Assembly: GCA_934339005.1 (NCBI GenBank)
Contig: CAKRHR010000002.1
Location: forward strand, 41,675 to 105,674
DNA length: 64,000 bases
Direction of reading: 5' to 3'
From: an uncultured Catenibacillus sp.
Lineage (GTDB): Bacteria > Bacillota > Clostridia > Lachnospirales > Lachnospiraceae
The notes under the pieces were generated by a model. The model saw only the letters and a list, made by a program, of their open reading frames with translations, searched no databases and had not been told where the DNA came from. The first letter of the stretch is position 1. Each line of letters starts with the position of its first letter. Shown here piece after piece: positions 17,635 to 28,272 of this stretch. Position numbers and translations under genes: made by a program.

Positions 17635-19848
17635 ATGGAACAGGTTTGTGGATTTGTAGAGCATATAATATATAGAAATGATACGAATGGATATACGGTC
17701 ATGAACCTGATGAGCCAGGGGGATGAAGTCGTTTGTGTCGGTATTTTATCAGCCATTGCCGAGGGTGAGTATATTCGTGCGGATGGCGATTATGTAGAGC
17801 ATCAGATTTATGGCCAGCAGTTTAAGATAGATTCTTATGTTGTGGAAATGCCGGAGGATATCTATTCCGTAGAACGTTATCTTGGCTCAGGGGCGATTAA
17901 GGGCGTTGGACCGGCGTTGGCAACCCGGATTGTCAAGAAATTCAAAGAAGATACGTTTCGGATTATCGAGGAGGAACCTGAACGTCTGGCGGAAGTGAAA
18001 GGCATCAGCGAGCGAAAGGCACAGGAAATTTATGCCCAGTTCCATGAAAAACAGGATATGCGACAGGCGATGATGTTTCTTGAAAAATACGGTATTTCGA
18101 CAACTTATGCCATTAAAATTTATAATGAATATCATGATCAGCTTTATCAGGTGATTCAGGAAAATCCTTACCGTCTGGCAGAGGATATTCATGGCATTGG
18201 TTTTAAGCTGGCAGATGAAATCGCGGCAAAGGCGGGCATTGGCACAGATTCTGATTATCGTATTCGAAGCGGTATTTTGTATACATTACAACTTGCTTCG
18301 TTAAATGGCCATGTGTATCTGCCGGAGGATACATTAATTGAGCAGACATGCCGGCTGTTAAATATTGACAGCAGTTACATTGAAAAACATTTGATGGATT
18401 TGAGCATTGATAAAAAAATCGTTATTAAAGAAATTGACGGCAAACGTGCCATTTATGCATCTGTATATTATTTTATGGAATTAAATGTGGCACGAATGTT
18501 GACGCAGTTAAATATTCGTTATGATATCGATGTGAATGTGACGCGAAAGACAATTGAGCGTATTGAAAAAGAAGAAAATATCACACTGGATGAGATGCAG
18601 CGGATGGCGGTTGTGGAAGCAGCAAGTAACGGAGTGATGGTCATTACAGGTGGTCCGGGTACAGGTAAAACGACAACGATTAATACGCTGATTCATTATT
18701 TTAAAAATGAGGACATGGACATCCGTCTGGCGGCACCTACCGGTCGTGCGGCAAAACGAATGACCGAGGCAACAGGCTGTGAGGCGCAGACAATTCACAG
18801 AATGCTTGAACTTTCAGGTGCGCCGGATGAGGAGATGACAGTGCGTTTTGAGCGGAATGAACTTAATCCTCTGGAAGCTGACGTCATCATTATTGATGAG
18901 ATGTCCATGATTGATATTCAGTTGATGAATTCTTTATTAAAAGCGGTGATACCGGGTACAAGATTGATTCTTGTTGGTGATGTCAACCAGTTGCCGAGTG
19001 TTGGACCCGGTAACGTATTAAAAGATATTATTGGTTCGCACTGCTTTAATGTCGTAATGCTGACAAAGATTTTCAGACAGGCGCTGGAGAGTGCGATTAT
19101 TATAAATGCTCATCGTATTAATGATGGCCTGCCGCTTGACCTTGAACATAAGACCGTGGATTTCTTCTGTCTGAAGCGTCAGGATCCAGCTTCAATTATC
19201 GGTGTGACAGCAACATTGATTCGCGACAAACTGCCGCCAAATGTCGGTGCACAGCCCGGGGAAATCCAGGTGTTGACACCGATGCGTAAGGGTGAACTTG
19301 GTGTGGAACGTTTAAATACGGTGTTGCAGCAGTTCTTAAATCCGCCGGATGATACAAAACGTCAGAAAGAAGCCCATGGATGCATTTTCCGCGAAGGCGA
19401 TAAAGTTATGCAGATTAAAAATAATTATCAGATGGAATGGGAAGTTGTCAGCAAATACGACATTCCAATTGATAAAGGCATTGGCGTGTTTAATGGTGAT
19501 ACTGGGATTGTCAAAGAAATCAATCTGTTTTCAGAATTGCTGACGGTGGAGTTTGATGAAGGCCGTCGATGCAATTATCCGTTTTCACAGTTGGACGAGC
19601 TTGAACTTGCCTATGCGATGACAATACATAAATCTCAGGGCAGTGAGTACCCGGCGGTAATTTTGCCGTTGTTATCAGGTCCGAGAATGCTCTTTAACAG
19701 AAATATTTTATATACAGCGGTGACAAGAGCAAAAAAATGTGTTGTGATTGTGGGCAGCCCGGATACTGTTCAGATGATGATTCAAAATAAAAATGAGCAG
19801 CTTAGATGTTCTTCGTTGGCGTTGCGCATCAGTGAACTGATGAAATAA
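17635..19848 (+). CDS. recD2: SF1B ATP-dependent RecD-like DNA helicase
   Basis: Helix-hairpin-helix region. Walker A GGPGTGKTT, DEMSMID, GDVNQLPSVGPG, and the C-terminal AMTIHKSQGSEYP..AVTRAK. Confidence 0.9.
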   Translation: MEQVCGFVEHIIYRNDTNGYTVMNLMSQGDEVVCVGILSAIAEGEYIRADGDYVEHQIYGQQFKIDSYVVEMPEDIYSVERYLGSGAIKGVGPALATRIVKKFKEDTFRIIEEEPERLAEVKGISERKAQEIYAQFHEKQDMRQAMMFLEKYGISTTYAIKIYNEYHDQLYQVIQENPYRLAEDIHGIGFKLADEIAAKAGIGTDSDYRIRSGILYTLQLASLNGHVYLPEDTLIEQTCRLLNIDSSYIEKHLMDLSIDKKIVIKEIDGKRAIYASVYYFMELNVARMLTQLNIRYDIDVNVTRKTIERIEKEENITLDEMQRMAVVEAASNGVMVITGGPGTGKTTTINTLIHYFKNEDMDIRLAAPTGRAAKRMTEATGCEAQTIHRMLELSGAPDEEMTVRFERNELNPLEADVIIIDEMSMIDIQLMNSLLKAVIPGTRLILVGDVNQLPSVGPGNVLKDIIGSHCFNVVMLTKIFRQALESAIIINAHRINDGLPLDLEHKTVDFFCLKRQDPASIIGVTATLIRDKLPPNVGAQPGEIQVLTPMRKGELGVERLNTVLQQFLNPPDDTKRQKEAHGCIFREGDKVMQIKNNYQMEWEVVSKYDIPIDKGIGVFNGDTGIVKEINLFSELLTVEFDEGRRCNYPFSQLDELELAYAMTIHKSQGSEYPAVILPLLSGPRMLFNRNILYTAVTRAKKCVVIVGSPDTVQMMIQNKNEQLRCSSLALRISELMK

Positions 19849-19969
19849 AAATCTTAAGAAAATCTTCAGATAATCAAACAGCAAAATACAGGATAATATG
19901 GTATGATTATAAAATACGATAAAACTAAAAACATATTTATGTGGACGCTAATGTCAGGTGAGGAGAGAA

Positions 19970-21139
19970 ATGAAGGTAAACAAAAGAAAAAAGCATAGCG
20001 GGGTTATTGCTTTTTGTGTTATTATAATTGTATTGTGTGTCGGTGTATTTGCAGGATTTGCAGTATACGGACGATTGTTTAAAAAGATGGTTTCCGGCGC
20101 AGAGATGACATTTGAACATAATCGAAACGCAGAGATACATGTGCAGCAGGCCGAAGGCTGGGTAACATGGGAAAATCAGCAGTTTTATTACAAAGCAGGG
20201 CAGAAACAAAAAGGTGCCGTTGAGATTGATGGCAAACAGTATTATTTTGATACACGCCTTGGCAATATGAGAACCGGTTGGATTACAGATGAAACTTCCA
20301 CACGCTATTATGGTGATGATGGCGTGATGGTGACCGGAGCCGTAGCGATTGGCGATGGACATTATTATTTTGATGAACAGGGTGCTATGTTTAAAGGCTG
20401 GCTTGAACTGGATGGCAAAAAATACTACTACGGTGAAGACGGACGACAATTATTCGGTGAACAGACCGTTGATGGACAATTTTGTAAATTTGATGATGCA
20501 ACAGGCGAATTTATCGAAACAATGATTGACCCGAACAAACCGATGGTTGCATTGACCTGGGATGATGGACCGGCAGATGCAACGTCAGTTATTCTGGATG
20601 CGTTGGAAGCGGTCGGTGGCAAAGGCACATTCTTTGTGGTCGGACAGCGCGTGGATTATTATCCGGATAATGTCAGACGTGCAGTGGCACTTGGTTGTGA
20701 GATTGGTAATCATACATGGCAGCATGCGTATCTGGATACGCTTTCAGCAGAAGATATCCAGTCACAAATCCAGAGGACAAATGATAAAGTTGAAGAAATC
20801 ACAGGCGTTCGTCCAACGATTATGCGTCCAACAGGTGGCCGTGTCAACAGTGCAGTCAAGGAAAATGTTGGCATGCCGATGATTCAGTGGACCATTGATA
20901 CGCTGGACTGGAAAACAAGAGATGCCAAGTCAACGATTGACGCGGTTTTAAATAACGTCAGCGATGGCGATATCGTGCTGATGCATGATTTATACGATGC
21001 AACAGCCGAAGCCTCAAAGACGATTATCCCTGAATTGGTCAGCCGCGGATATCAGCTTGTGACCGTCAGTGAACTGGCACAGTATAGAGGTGGGCTGGAA
21101 GCTGGAAAACAGTATTTTAGTTTCAGACCGCAAAATTAA
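19970..21139 (+). CDS. Secreted/membrane-anchored polysaccharide deacetylase (NodB domain) with N-terminal cell-wall-binding (CW_binding_1/YG-type) repeats
   Basis: N-terminal TM/signal segment. About six roughly 20-aa repeats (GW...E....YYF...G.M.TG). NodB motifs ALTWDDGP and HTWQH. GAGGAGA RBS before ATG 19970. Confidence 0.85.
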   Translation: MKVNKRKKHSGVIAFCVIIIVLCVGVFAGFAVYGRLFKKMVSGAEMTFEHNRNAEIHVQQAEGWVTWENQQFYYKAGQKQKGAVEIDGKQYYFDTRLGNMRTGWITDETSTRYYGDDGVMVTGAVAIGDGHYYFDEQGAMFKGWLELDGKKYYYGEDGRQLFGEQTVDGQFCKFDDATGEFIETMIDPNKPMVALTWDDGPADATSVILDALEAVGGKGTFFVVGQRVDYYPDNVRRAVALGCEIGNHTWQHAYLDTLSAEDIQSQIQRTNDKVEEITGVRPTIMRPTGGRVNSAVKENVGMPMIQWTIDTLDWKTRDAKSTIDAVLNNVSDGDIVLMHDLYDATAEASKTIIPELVSRGYQLVTVSELAQYRGGLEAGKQYFSFRPQN

Positions 21140-21207
21140 AACTTGAATCTCAAAGAATATGAGTATATATGCCTGCTCAGGATAAAGACTAAATGGAGGA
21201 TGACGTT

Positions 21208-23007
21208 TTGAAGAAGATTAGGATGAGCAAAAAGATAAGTTCAGGAATTATTGCAGTATTGATGACATTGACGATGTTGGGTGGCCAGACACCTCAGGTA
21301 TATGCCGATGAATATGTATCAGAAACTACAGAGAAAGAAAACTTGTCAGCAGAAAGTACTAATTCTGATGAATCAATGCAGCAAACTGCAGAAACCCAGA
21401 ACACTTTGACTGAAATTGAAAATTCAGGACAAGCTCAGGAAAATTCAGACACAAATGTACTTTCAGAAGGGATAAATGATGATCCGGAAGCATACAGATG
21501 GGAACAAAGGCAGGCAACAATTACAGATGATTACGGTATCGCCCCGTTTGCACTTGAAGATAATATGGATATAGCAGGTTACGGTATTGATGTATCACAA
21601 CATAATGGTGTTATTGATTGGAAAAAAGTCAGAAACTCCGGTGTTGAATTTGCCTTAATTAGAGTTGGTTATAGAGGCTGGGGTCCAAGCGGAACACTGG
21701 TAGAAGATAGCAAAGCACGTCAAAATCTTGAAGGTGCGACAAAAGCCGGGATCAGAGTCGGTGCTTATTTCTTTTCAACAGCAATTACCGAGGAAGAAGC
21801 TAGAGAAGAAGCCCAGTTTACACTTGATATTGTGAAAAATTATGAGATTACATATCCGATTATTTATGACAATGAAGGTATGTATAAAGTATATTACAAT
21901 GGAGAGATGGTAGAAGGCCGGGATTATGATCTGACTGCAGCACAAAGAACGGATATGGCTATTGCTTTCTTAGATTGTATCAGAAATGCAGGGTATTATC
22001 CGATGATGTATGGTAATACAAGCTGCTATAAAAATTATGATGGCAGAGGATTTGAAGTGGGAAGACTTGAAAATCGTTATGATATCTGGGTGGCAGAGTA
22101 TTTTTGGTATGATTCTGATACTAAACAAGAATATCCATCTTTTGAATCAGCCAGAAGCAGAGAAACCACATATACAGGTGTACATAGTATCTGGCAGTTT
22201 TCATCACAAGGTCAGATAGATGGTATTTCAGGCAATGTTGATTTGGATTTTTGTTATAATGATATTTACGACAGTACACGATTAGTCAGACAATTTGTGA
22301 AACGGCTATATACATTGGTTCTTGGACGTGACGCTGATTCTGCAGGTCTTGTGGCGTGGACAGATCAGTTAATTAAGAAGAATAATACAGCTGCAGAAGT
22401 TGCATTTGGATTTGTATATAGTAAAGAGTTTCAGGAGAAGAATTTAAGCGATGAAGATTATATAGACGTTTTATATCAGACATGTCTTGGCAGAGATTCA
22501 GATGCTGTAGGAAAAGCAGCCTGGACAGACTGTTTAAATGGTGGATTTTCAAGAAGATATGTACTTCGCGGGTTTATTGAATCTATGGAATTTTCTGAAC
22601 TCTGTGCAGATGTCGGTATTGAGCGCGGCAGCATAGAGATGATTGAAAATAGAGATAAAAACGACAATACAACAAAATTTGTCAGAAGATGTTATAATGT
22701 ATTCTTAGACAGAGAACCGGATGCAGATGGATTAAATGAGTGGACAGGGCAGATTCTGGAGAATACAGATAATGCAAGAGAAGTTCCTTATGGATTTGTT
22801 TTCTCAAGAGAAATGACAGATAAAAAATTATCAAATGAGGCATTTGTGGCAATACTTTATAAAGGTATTATGGACAGGGAACCGGATGCAGATGGCTTAA
22901 AAGCGTGGACAGCAGTGCTTGATAAGGGTGAATCACGTTATCATGTTTATGAAGGCTTTGTATATTCAAAAGAATTTACAGAATTACTTTCAAAGTATGG
23001 TCTGTAA
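21208..23007 (+). CDS. Secreted GH25 muramidase (lysozyme) with a C-terminal four-repeat DUF4214-type module
   Basis: Signal peptide, acidic/Ser-Thr linker, GH25 block GIDVSQHNGVIDWKKV...GVEFALIRVGYRG, and four repeats of LY..(V/F)L.R..D..G...W. The start is ambiguous: TTG 21208 lies 8 nt after GGAGG; ATG 21193 and ATG 21223 are in-frame alternatives. Confidence 0.85.
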   Translation: MKKIRMSKKISSGIIAVLMTLTMLGGQTPQVYADEYVSETTEKENLSAESTNSDESMQQTAETQNTLTEIENSGQAQENSDTNVLSEGINDDPEAYRWEQRQATITDDYGIAPFALEDNMDIAGYGIDVSQHNGVIDWKKVRNSGVEFALIRVGYRGWGPSGTLVEDSKARQNLEGATKAGIRVGAYFFSTAITEEEAREEAQFTLDIVKNYEITYPIIYDNEGMYKVYYNGEMVEGRDYDLTAAQRTDMAIAFLDCIRNAGYYPMMYGNTSCYKNYDGRGFEVGRLENRYDIWVAEYFWYDSDTKQEYPSFESARSRETTYTGVHSIWQFSSQGQIDGISGNVDLDFCYNDIYDSTRLVRQFVKRLYTLVLGRDADSAGLVAWTDQLIKKNNTAAEVAFGFVYSKEFQEKNLSDEDYIDVLYQTCLGRDSDAVGKAAWTDCLNGGFSRRYVLRGFIESMEFSELCADVGIERGSIEMIENRDKNDNTTKFVRRCYNVFLDREPDADGLNEWTGQILENTDNAREVPYGFVFSREMTDKKLSNEAFVAILYKGIMDREPDADGLKAWTAVLDKGESRYHVYEGFVYSKEFTELLSKYGL

Positions 23008-23092
23008 AAATATTAAAGTTATATGAAAATGTCAGAATAAAGAGAGATTTTATGCCTGATATTATATTAAAAAGATACAGGAGATAGATGTT

Positions 23093-24481
23093 TTGGTCAG
23101 GTTTTTAAAAAAAATAGAAAAATCAATAGTGTTTGTTCTGAAGTCTTTGTTATATGTATGGATTCTTGGCAGTTTCTATTTAATTATGGCGATAGAGAAC
23201 TGGCCGTTGTTGCGTATTTCCCGTACAGCGGGTGTAACTTTACTGACGTTTTGCGCTGTATGGATCGGTATGATTGCTGCTTATGGTACATATGATATCG
23301 GCAAGCGTAAAAGTAAACCGATTATATCATCACTGGCTCTTGCAACAGCGATTACGGATATTGTAACATTTTTGCAGATTTCGATCATGAATACAAATGA
23401 GGCTAATGGCCTTGAGTTTAATCTTGCCAATATAGGCTTATTGGTAATTTCGTATGTAGCGCAGCTTGCAGGAATTATTGTCTTTGTATATGGTGGAAAT
23501 TGGTTGTATTTTCGATTGAATCGACCGGAACGATGTTGCCTGGTAGTATCAAGCAAGGAGGATTTTCTGGAAATTGTGGAAGCAATTAAAAGCTTTCACA
23601 GACAATATAATATTAAATATGTCCGTGGATATCAGGCAGATGATTTGAATACAGTTATGCTAAAGAGTGATACTGTATTTATTTATAATTTGCCTGTTGA
23701 AAAACGAACAGAGATTGTTGAATTTTGTTATCGCAATATGATTAATATTTACTACAATCCTGAAATAGCTGATATTGTAGAGATTAATTCAAAGTTTACA
23801 ATTTTAGATGATGCATCCTTTATTGCATCACCTGTTAAAGAATTATCTTTTGAGCAGCGTGTGATGAAGCGATTTATGGACATTTTATTTTCTGGTGTGG
23901 CATTGATTATTTTATCACCATTAATGATTATATGTGCTATAGCGATTAAAGTTGGCGATGGTGGGAAAGTTATTTTTAAACAGCAGAGAGCAACAAAGGA
24001 TGGCAGGATATTTTCAGTATATAAGTTCAGGACGATGAAAGAAAATGTTGAAAATTATTCTGCACTTGAAGATGATGACAGAATAACAAAGGTTGGAAAG
24101 TTACTGCGCAAATACCGTCTGGATGAACTTCCACAGTTGCTGAATATTCTTAAAGGCGAGATGAGTCTTGTCGGACCAAGACCGGAGATGCTGCGGAATG
24201 TATATATATATACAAAAGAATATCCCGAATTTGAATACAGACTTCGTGTGAAGGCAGGATTGACAGGATATGCACAGATTGCAGGTAAATATAACACTTC
24301 CCCAAAATACAAATTAATCCTCGATTTGATGTATATAGAAAATTATTCTGTTATAAAGGACATTAAATTGATTTTACAGACGCTGATCGTATTTTTTAAA
24401 TCAGACAGTACAGAAGGTTTTGGCCAGCAGACGGATGCATCTGTAAAGAAATACGAAAAAACAATGGATATCAAATTTTGA
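23093..24481 (+). CDS. Polyprenyl-phosphate glycosyl-1-phosphate transferase (WbaP/CpsE-type initiating PGT, large polytopic form)
   Basis: Four or five N-terminal TM helices. C-terminal bacterial sugar-transferase domain (KRFMDILFSG.ALI.LSP...I.AIAIK..DGG.VIFKQ.R....GR.F..YKFRTM; DELPQLLNILKGEMSLVGPRP). TTG start 8 nt after AGGAGA. Confidence 0.85.
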   Translation: MVRFLKKIEKSIVFVLKSLLYVWILGSFYLIMAIENWPLLRISRTAGVTLLTFCAVWIGMIAAYGTYDIGKRKSKPIISSLALATAITDIVTFLQISIMNTNEANGLEFNLANIGLLVISYVAQLAGIIVFVYGGNWLYFRLNRPERCCLVVSSKEDFLEIVEAIKSFHRQYNIKYVRGYQADDLNTVMLKSDTVFIYNLPVEKRTEIVEFCYRNMINIYYNPEIADIVEINSKFTILDDASFIASPVKELSFEQRVMKRFMDILFSGVALIILSPLMIICAIAIKVGDGGKVIFKQQRATKDGRIFSVYKFRTMKENVENYSALEDDDRITKVGKLLRKYRLDELPQLLNILKGEMSLVGPRPEMLRNVYIYTKEYPEFEYRLRVKAGLTGYAQIAGKYNTSPKYKLILDLMYIENYSVIKDIKLILQTLIVFFKSDSTEGFGQQTDASVKKYEKTMDIKF

Positions 24482-24510
24482 TTTTAAGTGATAACGGAGG
24501 CAAATTCGAT

Positions 24511-25272
24511 ATGAAGAAATTGCACGTGACATGCGGAATCGTAACATACAACAATGCGGATATTATTGAAAAATGTATAGGCACCCTTTTGGAGTATACT
24601 AAAGGGTGCAGTATTCGTATATATGTCTACGATAATCATTCATCAGATGGCACAGTAGAATTGATACAAAAGAAGTTTAAACAGGTACGGATAATAGCGA
24701 AGAAGAGTAATAAAGGGTTTGGCTATGGACATAACCGTATTCTTCAATCGTTGCCGCAGGCAGATTATCACATTGTTGTAAATCCGGACATTATGGTAGA
24801 TACAGATGTAGTTACTCAGATGGCAGAGTATATGGAGGCAAATAAAAATATTGGCATATTAATTCCAAAGGTTTTAAATACAGATGGTACAGAACAGTTC
24901 CTGCCAAAGTATCAGCCGAATTTTAAATATGTTATCATGAGTAAATTTAAACACTGGAAATATTACCGGGATATTTATACCCGGAAAAATGACCAGATCA
25001 AAGAACCTGTTAAGTGTGAAAATATATCGGGCAGCTTTTTTATGATACGAAGAAGTCTTGTTGAAGAATTACACGGATTTGATGAACGATATTTTATGTA
25101 CTTTGAAGATGCGGATTTGGCAAGACGTGCTAATCAGAAAACAGATTTGGTTTATAATCCCAACGTTTATGTTTATCATGCATGGAAACGGGATAACACA
25201 GGAAATATCAGAGGTATCTGTATTTTCTTAAAGTCGATGCTTAAATATGCGTTGAAGTGGAAAGGTTTTTAG
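24511..25272 (+). CDS. GT2-family glycosyltransferase (rhamnosyltransferase-like)
   Basis: ..CGIVTYNN..., DNHSSDGT and ..FFMIRR....LHGFDERYFMYFEDADL. ACGGAGG RBS before ATG 24511. Confidence 0.8.
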   Translation: MKKLHVTCGIVTYNNADIIEKCIGTLLEYTKGCSIRIYVYDNHSSDGTVELIQKKFKQVRIIAKKSNKGFGYGHNRILQSLPQADYHIVVNPDIMVDTDVVTQMAEYMEANKNIGILIPKVLNTDGTEQFLPKYQPNFKYVIMSKFKHWKYYRDIYTRKNDQIKEPVKCENISGSFFMIRRSLVEELHGFDERYFMYFEDADLARRANQKTDLVYNPNVYVYHAWKRDNTGNIRGICIFLKSMLKYALKWKGF

Positions 25273-25282
25273 GTAAGAGCAG

Positions 25283-26233
25283 ATGAAGATTCAGGTAGAT
25301 ATCTTAATGGCTGTATATAATGGCGAAAAATATCTTGAAGAACAATTGGCATCAATTGCAGAACAGACATATCAGGACTGGCACCTGATTATCAGAGATG
25401 ATGCTTCAACGGATAGAAGTATGCAAATTATAAAAGCTTTCCGGGATAAATATCCTGAAGGTAAAGTTGAGGTATATAAAAATGAGCCTGCTTCGGGATC
25501 TGCAAAAAATAATTTTTGTAAACTAATCCAGGATGCGAAAGCAGAGTATGTGATGTTCTGCGATCAGGATGATGTATGGATTTCTGATAAAATTGAACAG
25601 ACGCTAAAACAGATGCGCAGGCAGGAGATAAAAAATGGCTCTAAACAAGTACCGGTGCTGGTGCATTCGGATTTGTATGTTGTTGATGAACATTTAAATA
25701 TTATATCGGATTCGATGCAGAAATATCAGAAATTACCAAAAACTTCAAGTATACAGCGTTTGTTAATTCAAAATCATGTAACTGGCTGTACGATGATGGT
25801 CAACAGGTCTTTAATGGATTATTTGAAGCGGGCAGAGGATACAACTGCAATAGTTATGCATGATTATTGGGCAGCACTTATTGCAATGGTATTTGGAACA
25901 ATTGTTTTTATCCCCAGACCAATGATTAAATACCGTCAACATGGGGATAACTCCGTAGGCGCGATGAATGCAGCGGGGATAAAGTATTTATATATCAGAT
26001 TTAAAGCAGGAAGAAAGCAGTTTAGAGAACGAACAGAAGCAACGATGCTGCAGGCACGGGCCTTTTGTAAAGTATATGAATATGAATTAAGTAAAAATCC
26101 ATACAAAGATTTAATTAAAGCGTATTCAGAATTGACGGAAACGACTAAAATGCATAAAATAGAGTTTTATATATCGAAACACGTAACGAAATATGGTATA
26201 ATTAGAAAGATAATGCAATTTATTTGGAGTTGA
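25283..26233 (+). CDS. GT2-family glycosyltransferase
   Basis: ILMAVYNGEKYLEEQLASIAEQTYQDWHLIIRDDASTDRS, then the DQDD acidic motif. Confidence 0.8.
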   Translation: MKIQVDILMAVYNGEKYLEEQLASIAEQTYQDWHLIIRDDASTDRSMQIIKAFRDKYPEGKVEVYKNEPASGSAKNNFCKLIQDAKAEYVMFCDQDDVWISDKIEQTLKQMRRQEIKNGSKQVPVLVHSDLYVVDEHLNIISDSMQKYQKLPKTSSIQRLLIQNHVTGCTMMVNRSLMDYLKRAEDTTAIVMHDYWAALIAMVFGTIVFIPRPMIKYRQHGDNSVGAMNAAGIKYLYIRFKAGRKQFRERTEATMLQARAFCKVYEYELSKNPYKDLIKAYSELTETTKMHKIEFYISKHVTKYGIIRKIMQFIWS

Positions 26234-26237
26234 AAAG

Positions 26238-27500
26238 ATGAGTATACAACAAAAAATAATGTCAGGCGCAGATAAAATTAAGCCTGTATTAAAAAAAATA
26301 CTGCCTCAGAAATTTTTGAGTCAGGTTAAAAATAATATGCTTGATAAACAATTGAATACCATATTAACACAAAAAAGATTGCCATTTGAGAGAGAATGTT
26401 ATCCTGATGGTATTAATCTGATTGGTCTTGTACGTGCTGAGATGGGATTGGGACAAAGCTGCAGATTGATGGCGTCAATGATTGACCATACAAAATATCC
26501 GCTGATGCTTTATGATTTTAATCTCGGCAGTGAACTTTTGCGCTCAGAAGACCATTCATATGATGATAAGATTTCTGATGAATTAAAATATAATGTAAAT
26601 CTCATTCATATTAATCCGGATGAGATGAAATTATTATATACAAGAATGAACAGGGAAAATTTTGATAAACATTACAATATTGCATTCTGGCTGTGGGAAC
26701 TGGAAGATATTCCAAAATCATGGCAAACGTATTTCCCGATGTTGGATGAGATTTGGACACCATCGGAATTTATCAGCAATAGTCTGAGAAAAGTAACCGA
26801 TCTTCCTGTACGCACAATCCCGTATTGCGTGAAGGCACCGGTAAAAGATGAATATTCAAGAAGTTATTTCGGACTTCCAGAGGATCAGTTTTTGTTTCTG
26901 GCGATGTATGATTCCAACAGTACCAGAGAACGAAAAAATCCTATGGGAGCCATTTTGGCGTTTAAAACAGCTTTTGAGCGGGGTAATAAAGATGTTGGTC
27001 TGGTACTTAAGATCAACAATGCCAGAGATGAAGATATTACTTTATTAAAGAGTATGCTTGAAGGTTATGACAATATATATTATATCACGCAGACAATGAG
27101 TAAAGTTGAAGTAAACAGTCTGATCAAAGATGTAGATGTGTTTATTTCTATGCACAGAGCAGAAGGATTCGGCCTTGTAATGGCAGAAGCTATGTTAAAT
27201 GGCACACCAGTGATTGCTACAGACTGGTCATCAAATACAGAATTTATGAATCAAGATGTTGCATGCATGGTTGATTATACTTTTGTGACATTGAAAGAAG
27301 ATTTTCCACCATATAAGGCTGGAGCGGTATGGGCAGATCCAAATCCGGATACAGCTGCGGATTATATGAAAAAGTTATATAGTCAGCCTGAATTTTACAG
27401 AGAAAAAGCTCAAAAAGCTCAAACATATATTACAGATAAATTAAGTATGGGCAAAGCTGTTGAACTAATTGAAAAACGTATGGAGGAAATATATGATTAA
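26238..27500 (+). CDS. GT4 (GT1-fold) glycosyltransferase
   Basis: C-terminal E-x7-E signature EGFGLVMAEAMLNGTPVIATD. Confidence 0.75.
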   Translation: MSIQQKIMSGADKIKPVLKKILPQKFLSQVKNNMLDKQLNTILTQKRLPFERECYPDGINLIGLVRAEMGLGQSCRLMASMIDHTKYPLMLYDFNLGSELLRSEDHSYDDKISDELKYNVNLIHINPDEMKLLYTRMNRENFDKHYNIAFWLWELEDIPKSWQTYFPMLDEIWTPSEFISNSLRKVTDLPVRTIPYCVKAPVKDEYSRSYFGLPEDQFLFLAMYDSNSTRERKNPMGAILAFKTAFERGNKDVGLVLKINNARDEDITLLKSMLEGYDNIYYITQTMSKVEVNSLIKDVDVFISMHRAEGFGLVMAEAMLNGTPVIATDWSSNTEFMNQDVACMVDYTFVTLKEDFPPYKAGAVWADPNPDTAADYMKKLYSQPEFYREKAQKAQTYITDKLSMGKAVELIEKRMEEIYD

Positions 27501-28272
27501 ACATTTAAAAGAAATTTATGCGTATCGACAGATGATATTCAGTTTGGTCAGGAAGGAATTAAGGGGTCGATACAAAGGATCCGTATTAGGATTTTTGTGG
27601 ACATTTATTAATCCGCTGCTTCAATTGATGGTGTATACATTCGTATTTTCAATCGTATTACCGAATAACATTGATAAGTTTTATCTCTACCTGTTTGTAG
27701 GTCTTGTGCCGTGGTTATTTTTCAGCGGTTCCATGACAGGCGGTGCGGCATGTATCGTAAACCAGAAAGATATGGTAAAGAAAATTTACTTTCCGAGAGA
27801 AGTTATGCCGATATCCTATGTAGCCAGTGGATTTGTTAATATGCTGTTTTGCTTCATCGTTATTTTTGCAGTAATCATCGTTTCAGGTGTAGGTGTGAAT
27901 CCGGTAGCATTATTGTATCTTCCGGTGATTATGATTGTTGAGTTTATTATGGCACTCGGCGGGGCGATGCTTACATCTGCATTGACAGTTTATTTTAGGG
28001 ATTTGGAATACATTCTGGGTATTTTAACAATGGCCTGGATGTATTTTACACCGGTCGTATATTCTATGGAGATGGTACCAGACTGGATTAAACCATATTT
28101 TAATCTTAACCCAATGACACCGGTAATTAATGCATATAGAGATATTTTGTATTATAAACAAGTACCGCACTTGTCAACACTGGTGCAGGGACTGGTGCTT
28201 GGAATTATTGTCCTTATTATTGGTAGTATTTCATTTAGAAAACTTCAGAGAGGCTTTGCGGAGGAACTGTAA
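27493..28272 (+). CDS. ABC-2-type polysaccharide/teichoic-acid export permease (Wzm/TagG/RgpC-like)
   Basis: ..YRQMIFSLVRKELRGRYKGSVLGFLWTFINPLL.. is the ABC-2 signature, with six TM helices. ATG 27493 follows GGAGGA and overlaps the upstream stop. Confidence 0.88.
   Translation: MIKHLKEIYAYRQMIFSLVRKELRGRYKGSVLGFLWTFINPLLQLMVYTFVFSIVLPNNIDKFYLYLFVGLVPWLFFSGSMTGGAACIVNQKDMVKKIYFPREVMPISYVASGFVNMLFCFIVIFAVIIVSGVGVNPVALLYLPVIMIVEFIMALGGAMLTSALTVYFRDLEYILGILTMAWMYFTPVVYSMEMVPDWIKPYFNLNPMTPVINAYRDILYYKQVPHLSTLVQGLVLGIIVLIIGSISFRKLQRGFAEEL

Noticed and set aside
19937-20449. 170-aa antisense ORF across the start of the deacetylase gene.
   Set aside because: It overlaps a strongly supported repeat-containing CDS, and there is no independent support.
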